The notes below the pieces were generated by a model. It was not told the origin of the DNA, ran no database searches, and worked only from the letters and a program-made list of their open reading frames with translations. From contig OZ024746.1 in the NCBI GenBank assembly GCA_964016885.1, positions 7,254,001-7,318,000 of the forward strand: 64,000 bases of DNA, given 5' to 3'. The position numbers and the translations under genes were made by a program. The stretch is from Eledone cirrhosa (Eukaryota). Shown here one piece after another: positions 63,431-64,000 of this stretch (position 1 is its first letter; each line of letters starts with the position of its first letter).

Positions 63431-64000
63431 GCTCTTTTCTATACATAGAGCACTCTTTTTTCCTTTGGAATTACGTCATACATACATATATATATATATA
63501 TATATAAATATATTGGTATCCCCTTGTTTATGGTGGGGCTGATAATGTTGTTAGAACTTAATGAAGCCTTGAATAAAATGTTTCAACGAGATCATGTGGT
63601 GAGAACTATTTTGTAGTAGGTTCTCAACACATAAGGTGTGTGTGTATATTATATATATATATATATCCACTTGTTTATGGTGGTGCCGATAACATTTGTA
63701 GTAGGTTCTCATCACATAAGGCTCCATTGAAGATTCTATTTATATATCAAACTATTAAGGTTTTCAATTTATTATCGGCTTTACTGTAACCAAGGTACAT
63801 TCCATACTTTTCTCGGTTTCAGTTTTGCTGAGTGACAGAAAACTACTTTTGGAATGATTTACAGAACATTCTAATCCAAAGGTCATTCTAAAACTAAATC
63901 CACAAACAGTCAGGGACATACTGGTAAGAACTCTCTAGAGAGCTGGACAGCAGGTCTTCAGAGAAGAAGACCCTCCCCCCTTCAAGCAAGGGTTTCGTCC

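Overview
AT-rich, microsatellite-dense eukaryotic DNA with spliceosomal introns, most likely from an octopod cephalopod (inferred from repeat content). Four protein-coding loci can be reconstructed. (1) The last six coding exons of GGNBP2 (+, 1142-8004). (2) An intronless 202-aa two-TM protein with LPTY/PPSY motifs (+, 24634-25242). (3) The complete four-exon mitochondrial ATP synthase subunit f gene (+, 31881-37162, 108 aa). (4) The last nine coding exons of lethal(2) giant larvae (-, 62923-40492). Repeats include two tRNA-type SINE families, TTAA-flanked piggyBac-like MITEs, RTE/CR1/CRE LINE fragments, a 5-kb 37-41-bp satellite and several minisatellites. The most notable signal is a set of type I hammerhead ribozyme motifs, found by reading both strands. 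Five lie within 1.4 kb (22115-23526), two of them forming a 378-bp palindrome. One lies sense in ATP5MF intron 1, one lies sense in a presumed Lgl intron inside an 87-bp inverted repeat, a probable half motif is cut by the window end, and there are degenerate copies. Most sit next to (TA)n tracts, consistent with non-autonomous Penelope-like or retrozyme-type elements. All structures were folded by eye; catalytic activity and expression are untested.
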